From NCBI GenBank assembly GCA_030656035.1, contig JAUSOK010000168.1, positions 1-55,894 on the forward strand: a stretch of DNA of 55,894 nucleotides, in the 5' to 3' direction. The notes beneath the pieces are model-generated. The model ran no database searches. It had not been told where the DNA came from and saw only the letters and a program-made list of their open reading frames with translations. The position numbers and the translations under genes are program-made. Source of the stretch: Syntrophales bacterium. Lineage in GTDB: Bacteria > Desulfobacterota > Syntrophia > Syntrophales > Fen-1087. Shown here piece after piece: positions 25,280-34,114 of the stretch; position 1 is the first letter of the stretch, and each line of letters begins with the position of its first letter.

Positions 25280-26872
25280 TTATCCCTCCACTTCTTTGAG
25301 AGCCTGATCCTGATAGGCATGGTAAAGGCGCTGACAGAAACGGTCCCAGCGCTCACAGATCATGATGGTTTTATCATCCGGCTGGAAGAGGTCGGGGTAT
25401 GCGACCAGCTCGGTGATTTCAGCCTTGAGCCTGTCGATAACATCGGAGTCTCCGTTCTTAAGGATGTTTTCAACGAATTCCGTCGGGCTATACCACTTTG
25501 AAGCTCGCTGGAAATCCCGGTGCATCTGTGTCAACAGCACATTGCGCGGTCCCTCCCATAGCTCGTTTACGGCGGCGTCCCGGTATAATCTCGGCAGGCA
25601 CGAAAAATCTTCAATCACCCCATGACCGCCGAAAATGGACATGGCGGCGCGGATCACATCCGTTGCATCCCAGGAGGCTGCAATCTTCTGCAGCATAATG
25701 AGTTCCCGGATCTCGAACTGTTTCTTCTTCGCGGTTTCCGGCCCGTCCTTCGTCATCCCGCCTTGCAGGCCGCCCTCCAGTCTCAGAAATTCGTCATAGA
25801 GTTTAAAGGCGGCGGCGGTTGTCCTTTTTGCGGATTTTTCCATGGATCGCAACTGGCCCGTGACCATGGGGAATTGGCCCACCCTGAAACCGAAGGCTTC
25901 CCTGAATTCAGTATATTTTCTTGCTTCCCGGACAGCCCGCGTCATGAAGGCGGCGCAGGACAGCCCGACGGTCAAGCGGGAATAGGTCAGAACGATGCCC
26001 ACCACATTGGCGAGCCCGCGCGCGAGCGGACCGACGGGATAGGCAACCGCCCCGTGATAGGTTATTTCCGCAGTGGTCAACTCGCTTGTTCCCAGCTTCC
26101 ACTTGATGCGGTCAATGGTGCAACCGTTTCGGACTTCTTTCGCCTTGTCGCCGGGAAGCCACGAAGGAACAACGAACAGGGCGACCTCTTCCGATCCTGA
26201 CGGCTTCGCCGTCACAACGGCATAATCGGCATGGGTGGCGGAACAGAAAAACTTTGTGCCGTAGAGCTTCCAGACATCCCCTTCCCGGACGGCTTCCAGA
26301 ACATTGGCGGGCACATCCGATCCGCCCTGAATCTCGGAAAGGTACTGGGCGCCGATGGCAAAATCGTCATCGATGCCCTCCTTGCAGTGGGCCAGAATGT
26401 GTTTCGTATCGGTGCTGTCGGCATACTTTTCCAGAATCGCAACCAGCCCTTCCGTGCAGGTGATGGGACAGGCAATGCAGGCTTCGCCGTTCTGATAGAT
26501 CAGGTACATTTTGATGAGCCGGACCCAAGGGGGCGTTTTCGCGGAAAACATGGCTTCCGCAAAGACTTCCTTCTCCATGATTTCCGTCTCCGCCGGCCGG
26601 ACGATCCGGTCGATCCGGTGGTGATGCCCGTCATAGTGCATCATATAGGGGCGTTTCTCAGGCCATGCAATGATTTCCGCAAAGTCTCGCCAGCGAAAAG
26701 ACACTTTTCGGGATATGCGCCGGGCGCATTGATCCGTCTGTTCCCATTTATCACCGGTGTAATGCTTCACCACCTTCTGGATGAAGGGATCATCGGCATA
26801 ATAATCGACGGCTTTACGCCACGCCAAAAAATCGTCAAAACTGTAAGGGTTATTTCTATCCGGTAGTGACAT
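25280..26872 (-). CDS. AidB-like acyl-CoA dehydrogenase family flavoprotein
   Basis: About 530 aa with the ACAD fold pattern (WKLYGTKFFCSATHADYAVVTAK, FGGHGVIEDFSCLPRLYRDAAVNELWEGPRNVL) and the extra N- and C-terminal regions typical of AidB-type members. The ATG at 26872 is preceded by GAGGGAGG; the ORF track begins at the TTG at 26887. Confidence 0.75.
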   Translation of the reverse strand: MSLPDRNNPYSFDDFLAWRKAVDYYADDPFIQKVVKHYTGDKWEQTDQCARRISRKVSFRWRDFAEIIAWPEKRPYMMHYDGHHHRIDRIVRPAETEIMEKEVFAEAMFSAKTPPWVRLIKMYLIYQNGEACIACPITCTEGLVAILEKYADSTDTKHILAHCKEGIDDDFAIGAQYLSEIQGGSDVPANVLEAVREGDVWKLYGTKFFCSATHADYAVVTAKPSGSEEVALFVVPSWLPGDKAKEVRNGCTIDRIKWKLGTSELTTAEITYHGAVAYPVGPLARGLANVVGIVLTYSRLTVGLSCAAFMTRAVREARKYTEFREAFGFRVGQFPMVTGQLRSMEKSAKRTTAAAFKLYDEFLRLEGGLQGGMTKDGPETAKKKQFEIRELIMLQKIAASWDATDVIRAAMSIFGGHGVIEDFSCLPRLYRDAAVNELWEGPRNVLLTQMHRDFQRASKWYSPTEFVENILKNGDSDVIDRLKAEITELVAYPDLFQPDDKTIMICERWDRFCQRLYHAYQDQALKEVEG

Positions 26873-26933
26873 CAGAACCTCCCTCAATGATTAAATGAAA
26901 AAATTTGATGGTCTTTATACAATCCCGGCTTCA

Positions 26934-29189
26934 TTAAAAGGTTTGTCCCAGGTACAGGTACAGGGAGCTATGACCTCCTTCGGCGAAGCCGCCGGCAAAA
27001 TACAACGGGCCGATGTAGGTATCCGCCCCGACAAAGACACTTCCGGCCCAGAGGGCTGAAGAAAACCGGATATCCTCGCTCTTGTTCCAGGCGTTCCCCT
27101 TTTCAAGGGAACCTCCGAGATAGACGGGGATTTTAAAGGCCGTCAGACCATGGCCGGCAATTTTTTGCAGGTAAACCAGCCGGGCAAGGCCCGTATAACG
27201 CCCGGATATTTCATTCTTTGAAAATCCCGATAAGTTCAAAAAACCGCCCATGGAGAACACATCCTGAATGGGCGCCTGGTTGTCCATGATTGTGCTGAAA
27301 GAGAGACTGGGCAGGAAGGTATGATTGCCCCAGGTTTTTGCCGTCATCCAGCTTCCGCCGAGCATGTGCACAGAAACATCATCTCCGAGTTCCTTGAGCG
27401 CCGCATGATAGACCACGTTGGCGTTTGTCCCCTTTTGCGGGAAATTGAAATTGTCGAGGCTGTTGTAGATATGCTGGAAACGCAGGCGGCCGATCTCAAA
27501 ATCTTCGCTGAAACCCGGATCGCCGATACGTCCGCTGACGTGGCCCTTCCCCCTGAGAATGCCCAGTCGCATCTCCCCCCAGGTGCCGAACTGACGTCCC
27601 ACATCCAGGCCGCCCAGCATTGTCTTTACCCGGTATTGAGCGGCGATGGAACTTCCGCTGTAGGTGTTGATATTCTGTTCTTTATACTCGGCGTAAGGTG
27701 CAACAAAATAGCTCATGGAAGCGTCGACCGGCTGGTAATATTCAGTAAACACCCGGGGCATGGCTCCGATTTGCGCTTCGGTGCGCCATTCGGCGCCGAG
27801 GCGGTTGATCGCAGGTTTGGTAAAACTCACGGCAATGTTATAACTGCCCGAGCCTTTAAAATCGTCTTCCAGATTCACACCAAAACGGAAGTAACTCGGA
27901 CGCCAGGACTTTTCGAGCGTCTCTATGCGTAATGCTTTTTTCCCATCCATCTCTTCAAGATGATAATCAACGCGATCAAAGGCGTCGATGCCGTAAATCC
28001 TGGTCAGATCCTTTTTGAGCTTTTCCGAATCCAGCCGGTCTCCAGGCTTTATACTCAGGTGCGACGCAATTGCCTGATCCGATATCCTGGAATGATTGTC
28101 GATTCGAACATAATCAATGACCGGAGGCGGTGTTGACTTCCGTCTCTGGCGATCAAGATAGGAGCTGTAGGCATCCGGGGAAACGCTCAGGCGCTGCAGT
28201 TCCATCTTCATCTTCCCGGCAGCCTCTTTGCCGATCGGAATGGCTACATGCCCCTTGGTAAAATCGCTTGACCCGATCTCTCCGAGCTGCGGCAGGATCA
28301 GGACATCCTTTGCAGTAAGCGTCTTTAACTGTTCCCGGGTATTGCGCTGAATGAGGATCGTGATCAACTGGACCGTTATCGTCATCGCCGAACTCAGACT
28401 TTCCCTCGTCCGCAGCGGCGTGCCGATATCCACAACGATTAGAACCTCCGCGCCCATCTGCCTGGCCACATCCATGGGAAGATTGTTGGCGACGCCGCCG
28501 TCAACCAGCAGCCTTCCTTTGCGCTCGACGGGCGTGAACAGTCCGGGGATGGACATGCTGGCACGAATGGCCGTGGACAGCTCGCCGTCGCCAATGACAA
28601 CGGACTCGCCCGTTTCGACATCCGCCGCAATGGCCCGGAAAGGGATGTTCAATCGATCGAAATTTTGCACCGTCTCGGCCTGGCCGATAAATGATTTCAA
28701 AATGAGGCTGAGATTCTGTCCCTGGAATAAGCCCATGGGAATGGTCAGCTTGCCGTCTTTGAACCCCAATTCGAACTTCATGAGGAAATTGGCGTAATCC
28801 CATTTCCGCCTAAACGGCAGATCCTGTAGGGGCGGCACATCGCGGAAGGCGTCGTTCCATTCCAGACCGGTGACGATTTTCTCCAGTTCCGCCGGAGACA
28901 GCCCGGAGGCATAGAGTCCTCCGACAATGGCGCCCATGCTGGTTCCGGAAATATAATCGATGGGGATTCTCATTTCCTCCAGGAACTGGATGACGCCAAT
29001 GTGCGTCAGCCCGCGCGCGCCCCCTCCACTCAAGACAAGCCCGATCCGGGGCCGGTCCGGCAAACCCGCCTGACTGGCGCCTGCAGCGGCCGGCAAGATG
29101 GTAACGAGAAAAATGACGAGCAGTGAAAGCAGGGAGCTGCAAACTATATATACGGCCACAGCGCCATCATGATATTTTCGCACAATCAT
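26934..29189 (-). CDS. Patatin-like phospholipase fused to POTRA/Omp85-type beta-barrel (PlpD-like, type Vd secretion architecture)
   Basis: GLVLSGGGARGLTHIGV oxyanion motif, GTSMGA (GxSxG) and DGGVANNLP (catalytic Asp). A C-terminal half of about 350 aa rich in aromatic beta-strand patterns ends in ...LYLYLGQTF. Confidence 0.8.
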   Translation of the reverse strand: MIVRKYHDGAVAVYIVCSSLLSLLVIFLVTILPAAAGASQAGLPDRPRIGLVLSGGGARGLTHIGVIQFLEEMRIPIDYISGTSMGAIVGGLYASGLSPAELEKIVTGLEWNDAFRDVPPLQDLPFRRKWDYANFLMKFELGFKDGKLTIPMGLFQGQNLSLILKSFIGQAETVQNFDRLNIPFRAIAADVETGESVVIGDGELSTAIRASMSIPGLFTPVERKGRLLVDGGVANNLPMDVARQMGAEVLIVVDIGTPLRTRESLSSAMTITVQLITILIQRNTREQLKTLTAKDVLILPQLGEIGSSDFTKGHVAIPIGKEAAGKMKMELQRLSVSPDAYSSYLDRQRRKSTPPPVIDYVRIDNHSRISDQAIASHLSIKPGDRLDSEKLKKDLTRIYGIDAFDRVDYHLEEMDGKKALRIETLEKSWRPSYFRFGVNLEDDFKGSGSYNIAVSFTKPAINRLGAEWRTEAQIGAMPRVFTEYYQPVDASMSYFVAPYAEYKEQNINTYSGSSIAAQYRVKTMLGGLDVGRQFGTWGEMRLGILRGKGHVSGRIGDPGFSEDFEIGRLRFQHIYNSLDNFNFPQKGTNANVVYHAALKELGDDVSVHMLGGSWMTAKTWGNHTFLPSLSFSTIMDNQAPIQDVFSMGGFLNLSGFSKNEISGRYTGLARLVYLQKIAGHGLTAFKIPVYLGGSLEKGNAWNKSEDIRFSSALWAGSVFVGADTYIGPLYFAGGFAEGGHSSLYLYLGQTF

Positions 29190-29451
29190 AATGAAGGAAT
29201 GACTCCTACGAGAAACAGGATTGAACCCCTGTCGCTACAGGACTCAGGATGATTTTATTCAGGGGGCAATCTTTTCAGGACCACACATATCATAATTCGC
29301 TGATCATCCACTATGATCTTTTCTCTTCATGGCACAAATTTCTTAAATAGTTGAAATTCCATCCTGCCCGACCTGTGCCGATCACGGCAGCAAAGGCCGG
29401 AGGGACGATCACGATTCCATCGCCTCCATTTTTATTATTTCTTCTATTGAC

Positions 29452-29500
29452 ATCTTCTATATGTTGTGGTGGAATATAAAGCATCATACCATATGTTGTA
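29452..29500 (+). promoter_or_regulatory. Candidate tandem NrdR boxes upstream of nrdJ
   Basis: Two related imperfect palindromes, ACATCTTCTATATGTTGT and ATACCATATGTTGTAT. Their shared core C(T/C)ATATGTTGT starts at 29457 and 29489, which is 32 bp apart. They lie 45-95 nt before the nrdJ ATG. Confidence 0.45.
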
Positions 29501-29545
29501 TTTAAAAACAACCTTCATCATGCAATTGCCAAGGAGACATTCTCA

Positions 29546-31777
29546 ATGAAAAAAAGGACTTCAACACTTTCCATCCCCTGTCTGACCAAAAATGCCATGA
29601 CCGTTCTTGAAAGACGGTACCTGAGAAGGGACGTGGATGGCAATACTCTGGAGACGCCTGCCCATATGTTCAGGCGTGTTGCAAACAGCATTGCCGCCGC
29701 TGATCAGGTGTTTGACGAGAAGGCCAATATCGTAAATCTGTCTGAACAGTTTTACGATATGATGACGGCGCTTGAATTTCTTCCCAATTCTCCGACATTG
29801 ATGAACGCAGGACGGGAACTGGGCCAGTTGTCCGCCTGTTTCGTTCTGCCCGTCGGGGACTCTATGGAGGAGATATTCGATGCCGTCAAATTTACCGCGC
29901 TGATTCACAAGTCCGGCGGCGGCACGGGTTTCTCCTTTTCCCGCCTGCGCCCTGCCAACGATGTGGTCATGACCACCACCGGCATTTCCAGCGGACCCAT
30001 TTCCTTCATGCGCGTCTTCGATGTGGCCACGGAAACCATCAAACAGGGCGGCACCCGTCGCGGCGCCAATATGGGCATTCTGCGGGTCGATCATCCCGAT
30101 ATCATGGATTTCATCATGTGCAAGGCCGACAAGAGCCAGCTGAATAATTTCAACATCTCCGTCGGCCTGACGGAAGGCTTCATGTCTGCCGTCGAAAATG
30201 ATGAGAATTACGAACTCATCAACCCCCGGAACGGTCAGGCCGCCGGAACGCAAAACGCCCGGAAGGTCTTCAACAGGATTATCGTCCAGGCATGGGAAAA
30301 CGGGGAACCGGGCATTATCTTTCTGGATCGCCTGAACCGCGATAATCCGACACCTCATGTGGGAATGATTGAATCGACGAATCCCTGCGGAGAGCAACCC
30401 CTGCTGCCCTATGAATCCTGCAATCTGGGATCGATCAACCTTGGTAAAATGGTCAAGGATGGCGCCATTAACTGGAAAAGACTCAAAGAGGTGATTCCTC
30501 TGGCTGTCCATTTTCTGGATAACGTGGTCGAAGTCAACAAATATCCCCTGCCCCAGATTGCACAGATGACTTTCGGCAACCGGAAAATCGGCCTGGGGGT
30601 CATGGGCTGGGCGGATATGCTGATTATGCTTGGCATTCCCTATGATTCCGAGGAAGCCGTCGGGCTGGCGCAACAAACCATGAAATTCATCAAAGATCAG
30701 GGCCATGCGGCATCGCGTGAACTGGCAAGGAAAAGAGGGGCGTTTCCGAATTTTAAAAACTCCCTCTACGATAAAAGAGGGGAACCACCGATCCGCAATG
30801 CCACCGTCACGACCATCGCGCCGACGGGCACCATTTCCATCATTGCCAATGCCTCTTCCGGCGTGGAGCCGATATTCGCTGTGTCATACATTCGTCAGGT
30901 CATGGATGATGATATCCTCGTTGAGGTTCACCCCTATTTTGAAAAAACTGCAAAGGAAAAGGGGTTCTTTACCCCGGAGCTGATGCAGCGCATTGCCGAA
31001 CATGGATCGCTCCAGGATATGGATGAAATCCCCCCGGATATCCGGACGCTGTTCGTTACGGCCCATGATATTTCACCGGAGGTGCATATCGGCATGCAGG
31101 CGGCTTTTCAGAAGTATACCGACAATGCCGTCAGCAAGACCGTGAATTTTGCCAATGGGGCGACCGTTGATGACGTCGCCAAAGTTTACCGGCTGGCCTA
31201 TCAGTCGGACTGCAAGGGAGTGACCATTTACCGTGACGGTTCGAGGGACAAACAGGTCCTCTCGACGGGAAAGTCAGAGGAAACAACATCACCGGGCGGC
31301 GTCGATGGGGAACGGAAAGTCGTAAAGCGCGAGCGTCCCAAGGTTTTGAAAGGCTGGACCTATCAGATGCAGACCGGCTGCGGACCGCTTTATGTGACCG
31401 TCAATCAGGACGAAACCGGCCTCTTTGAGTTATTCACCACCATGGGAAAAGCGGGCGGTTGTGCAGCTTCACAGAGCGAGGCCATCGGGCGCATGGTCTC
31501 GCTGGCCTGGCGCAGCGGCATTCAGGCGCGGCAAGTCATCAAACAGCTTCAGGGCATCTCCTGCCATTGTCCTTCGGGATTTGGAGAAAACAAAATTTTA
31601 TCATGCGCCGACGCGGTAGCCAAAGCCATTCAGTCCCACATGGCGGCCAATGGTTTTGGCTCTGTTCACAAAAAGGTCGCCCTGGCCAGGGGCGCTTGCC
31701 CGGATTGCGGCGGGATTGTCGAGCATGAGGGGGGGTGCGCCGTTTGCCGGCTCTGCGGCTACAGCGAATGCGCCTGA
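29546..31777 (+). CDS. nrdJ: Adenosylcobalamin-dependent (class II) ribonucleotide reductase
   Basis: A 743-aa ORF with LPNSPTLMNAG, SACFVL, STNPCGEQPL (active-site Cys/Glu) and TIAPTGT. The C-terminal zinc-ribbon tail is CPDCGG...CAVCRLCGYSEC. Confidence 0.9.
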   Translation: MKKRTSTLSIPCLTKNAMTVLERRYLRRDVDGNTLETPAHMFRRVANSIAAADQVFDEKANIVNLSEQFYDMMTALEFLPNSPTLMNAGRELGQLSACFVLPVGDSMEEIFDAVKFTALIHKSGGGTGFSFSRLRPANDVVMTTTGISSGPISFMRVFDVATETIKQGGTRRGANMGILRVDHPDIMDFIMCKADKSQLNNFNISVGLTEGFMSAVENDENYELINPRNGQAAGTQNARKVFNRIIVQAWENGEPGIIFLDRLNRDNPTPHVGMIESTNPCGEQPLLPYESCNLGSINLGKMVKDGAINWKRLKEVIPLAVHFLDNVVEVNKYPLPQIAQMTFGNRKIGLGVMGWADMLIMLGIPYDSEEAVGLAQQTMKFIKDQGHAASRELARKRGAFPNFKNSLYDKRGEPPIRNATVTTIAPTGTISIIANASSGVEPIFAVSYIRQVMDDDILVEVHPYFEKTAKEKGFFTPELMQRIAEHGSLQDMDEIPPDIRTLFVTAHDISPEVHIGMQAAFQKYTDNAVSKTVNFANGATVDDVAKVYRLAYQSDCKGVTIYRDGSRDKQVLSTGKSEETTSPGGVDGERKVVKRERPKVLKGWTYQMQTGCGPLYVTVNQDETGLFELFTTMGKAGGCAASQSEAIGRMVSLAWRSGIQARQVIKQLQGISCHCPSGFGENKILSCADAVAKAIQSHMAANGFGSVHKKVALARGACPDCGGIVEHEGGCAVCRLCGYSECA

Positions 31778-31911
31778 TGTTTCCACATGGATGCGCCAAT
31801 CCGATGGTCAAAAGGACGCCATTCTGATCTTCGAACAACCCGATGCGATACGAATGGATGGGCAGATCAATCCGACGATCAACGTCTCCGAGAGCGTTGA
31901 AAAAGCGATTA

Positions 31912-31989
<78 letters not shown>

Positions 31990-32003
31990 TTTTCGTGCCT
32001 TGC

Positions 32004-32606
32004 TCATTCAGTAGAAATGATGCCTTGCAAGTAGTTTTTTAATTGCCGGAAAGCCTTTGCCCGGTGACTTAACTGATTTTTCAGCACAGGCGGCAGTTGG
32101 GCTACCGTCATCGAAAATTCCGGCAAAAAAAAGACCGGATCATAACCGAAGCCGCCCGCTCCTGACGGTTTATCAGCGATTCGGCCCTGCCATCGGCCCT
32201 CAAAATGCTCAAAATGACCGCCCGGCCTGTATAAAACCAGGACACACCGAAAGGCGCCTCCCCGCTTATCAGGCTCGATGTCCCTGAGATCTTCCAGAAG
32301 TTTCCTGATATTTCCCGCATCCGTGGCATCATCGCCGGCATATCGGGCCGAATAAATGCCGGGGGCGCCTCCCAGGGCATCCACCTCCAGGCCCGAATCA
32401 TCGGCAAGGGCCGTCTCGCCGGTCCATTCGGAAACGATCCTTGCTTTTTTCAGGGCATTCTCGAAAAAGGATTGGCCATCTTCGATAATTTCAGGAATAT
32501 CTTGATAATCATATAAAGAACAAAAAGTGATGTCACTGCCTTCGAGTAATGCTTTAACTTCTTTTGTTTTCCCGCTGTTTTTTGATGCAAATACAATTTT
32601 CTTCAG
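32004..32606 (-). CDS. rdgB: Non-canonical purine NTP pyrophosphatase (RdgB/HAM1 family), apparent CTG start
   Basis: Manual translation from 32606 gives [23 protein letters not shown]...[26 protein letters not shown]...FGYDPVFF, a full-length 200-aa Ham1 pattern. There is no ATG/GTG/TTG between the upstream in-frame TGA and this CTG. The ORF track reports only the C-terminal 126 aa. Confidence 0.8.
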   Translation of the reverse strand: MKKIVFASKNSGKTKEVKALLEGSDITFCSLYDYQDIPEIIEDGQSFFENALKKARIVSEWTGETALADDSGLEVDALGGAPGIYSARYAGDDATDAGNIRKLLEDLRDIEPDKRGGAFRCVLVLYRPGGHFEHFEGRWQGRIADKPSGAGGFGYDPVFFLPEFSMTVAQLPPVLKNQLSHRAKAFRQLKNYLQGIISTE

Positions 32607-33334
32607 TTTATATCTCCCAGCAGTTCGAGCTGCTTTTCAATCAGTTTTCGAATGCCTTCTTCGGCCAGCGCGGACATGGCGTTGAGGCGCTCGCGACTGA
32701 ATGGCGTTTTCTCCGCAGTCCCCTGGATTTCAATGAAGAGGCCGCTACCGGTCATAATAACATTCATGTCCACCTCTGCACGCGAATCCTCTTCATAATC
32801 CAGGTCAAGCAGGAGCTGATCATCGACAATCCCGACACTGACCGCGGAAACATAATCGCAGACGGGAATCCTTTCGACAACACCCTTCTTCTGCAGTTTC
32901 CGGAACAGATCAACAAGCGCCACGAAACCGCCGGTGATGGAGGCCGTCCGCGTTCCGCCGTCGGCTTGAATGACGTCACAGTCAACATAGATGGTTCTCT
33001 CGCCAAATGTATTCAAATCTGTGACGGCGCGCAGCGAGCGGCCGATCAGCCGCTGAATTTCGTGGGTTCGGCCCCCGATTCTGCCGCGCGCCGATTCGCG
33101 ATCAGTCCGGTTCTGCGTCGAACCGGGAAGCATGGCATATTCGGAAGTCAGCCACCCCCGTCCGGTATTCCTGAGAAACGCCGGGGCCTTGTCCTCCATC
33201 GTGGCCGTACAGATGACTTTTGTCTGGCCCATTTCAATCAGGACGGACCCTTCCGGATACTTTAAAAAATCTCTGGTCATCCGGATATCACGGATTTCAT
33301 TCCACCGCCGCCCCTCGTTTCTGGTCATAATCAC
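32603..33334 (-). CDS. rph: Ribonuclease PH
   Basis: A 243-aa ORF with [16 protein letters not shown], the phosphate-binding region [18 protein letters not shown], and [18 protein letters not shown]. Confidence 0.9.
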   Translation of the reverse strand: MIMTRNEGRRWNEIRDIRMTRDFLKYPEGSVLIEMGQTKVICTATMEDKAPAFLRNTGRGWLTSEYAMLPGSTQNRTDRESARGRIGGRTHEIQRLIGRSLRAVTDLNTFGERTIYVDCDVIQADGGTRTASITGGFVALVDLFRKLQKKGVVERIPVCDYVSAVSVGIVDDQLLLDLDYEEDSRAEVDMNVIMTGSGLFIEIQGTAEKTPFSRERLNAMSALAEEGIRKLIEKQLELLGDIN

Positions 33335-33349
33335 ATTCCCTGAAATGGT

Positions 33350-34048
33350 TTAGAAAAATTCCCTGATGCTTTTACTCAAAGCCTCAACAATGGCCTGCCG
33401 GGTCTTTTCGTCCATGACTTTTTTCCTGTCATCCGCATTCGTTGCAAAACCCACTTCCAGAACCACCGCTGCAAGCGTCAAATCGTTCAGAGCCGCCATG
33501 GGAGCGTCCCGCAGCCCCCTGCCCTTCCGGGGGAAAACTTTTTCCATGTTCCGCTGGAGGATTTGCGCAAACCGGACACTGTCATTGAGGCTTTTATTCT
33601 TGACCATGTCTTTCAGGATAGCTTTTGACCCCCCCTTATCCTCCGGCGCCGTTTTAAAGCCGGGGAAATAAATTTCATAACCCGTCGCATTTTTACCAAA
33701 GCCGGCATTGACATGCAGACTGATAAACAGGGCGCCGGCAGGCGCCGCCCTTGCGATCTTGCGCCGTTCGTTGATGGAGACGGCCTTATCGGATGTCCGC
33801 GTCATCTTGACTTGAATGTCGGGATCCTTTGCCAACCCCTTCTGCAGTAGTTGCGACAGGGCCAGCGTCACTTGTTTTTCCCTGACCTTGTCGGTGACGA
33901 TGACGCCTCCATCTGCTCCGCCATGGGCGGCATCGATGATGACCAGCCGTTTTGTCTGACTCGATTGCGCCGTCAGCAAAGACGACGGGGTGAAAAGAAT
34001 CACCAGGATTGTCAATAATGTAATAGTCTTCATGAGTGTGCCCATCAC
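33350..34048 (-). CDS. N-acetylmuramoyl-L-alanine amidase (Amidase_3 family), secreted
   Basis: Signal peptide, IIDAAHGGADGG zinc-ligand motif, and ISLHVNA. The start may instead be the second or third Met (34045 or 34033). Confidence 0.8.
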   Translation of the reverse strand: MMGTLMKTITLLTILVILFTPSSLLTAQSSQTKRLVIIDAAHGGADGGVIVTDKVREKQVTLALSQLLQKGLAKDPDIQVKMTRTSDKAVSINERRKIARAAPAGALFISLHVNAGFGKNATGYEIYFPGFKTAPEDKGGSKAILKDMVKNKSLNDSVRFAQILQRNMEKVFPRKGRGLRDAPMAALNDLTLAAVVLEVGFATNADDRKKVMDEKTRQAIVEALSKSIREFF

Positions 34049-34114
34049 TTAATATCCTTCTTAAAAACTGAGCGCTTCATACCGCAATTCTTGAGATCCT
34101 GTCAATGACTAACA

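Noticed and set aside
29340-29425. Cobalamin riboswitch upstream of the B12-dependent nrdJ (CCTGCCCGACCTG and a TGCCG-ATCA-CGGCA hairpin caught my eye)
   Set aside because: On neither strand does the sequence match the B12-box order (..CAGG-AGA-CCTGCC..) or the GGGAA/GGTGAAA core elements as I remember them. In addition, B12 riboswitches normally repress B12-independent isozymes, not nrdJ.
29311-29511. 66-aa ORF in the patatin/nrdJ intergenic region
   Set aside because: It has no SD and an implausible composition. It overlaps the candidate NrdR boxes and nrdJ promoter region, so it is probably non-coding.
29546-31777. Possible intein or insertion in NrdJ
   Set aside because: The length (743 aa) and the uninterrupted run of class II RNR motifs leave no room for an intein. 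No intein splice-junction or block motifs were seen.
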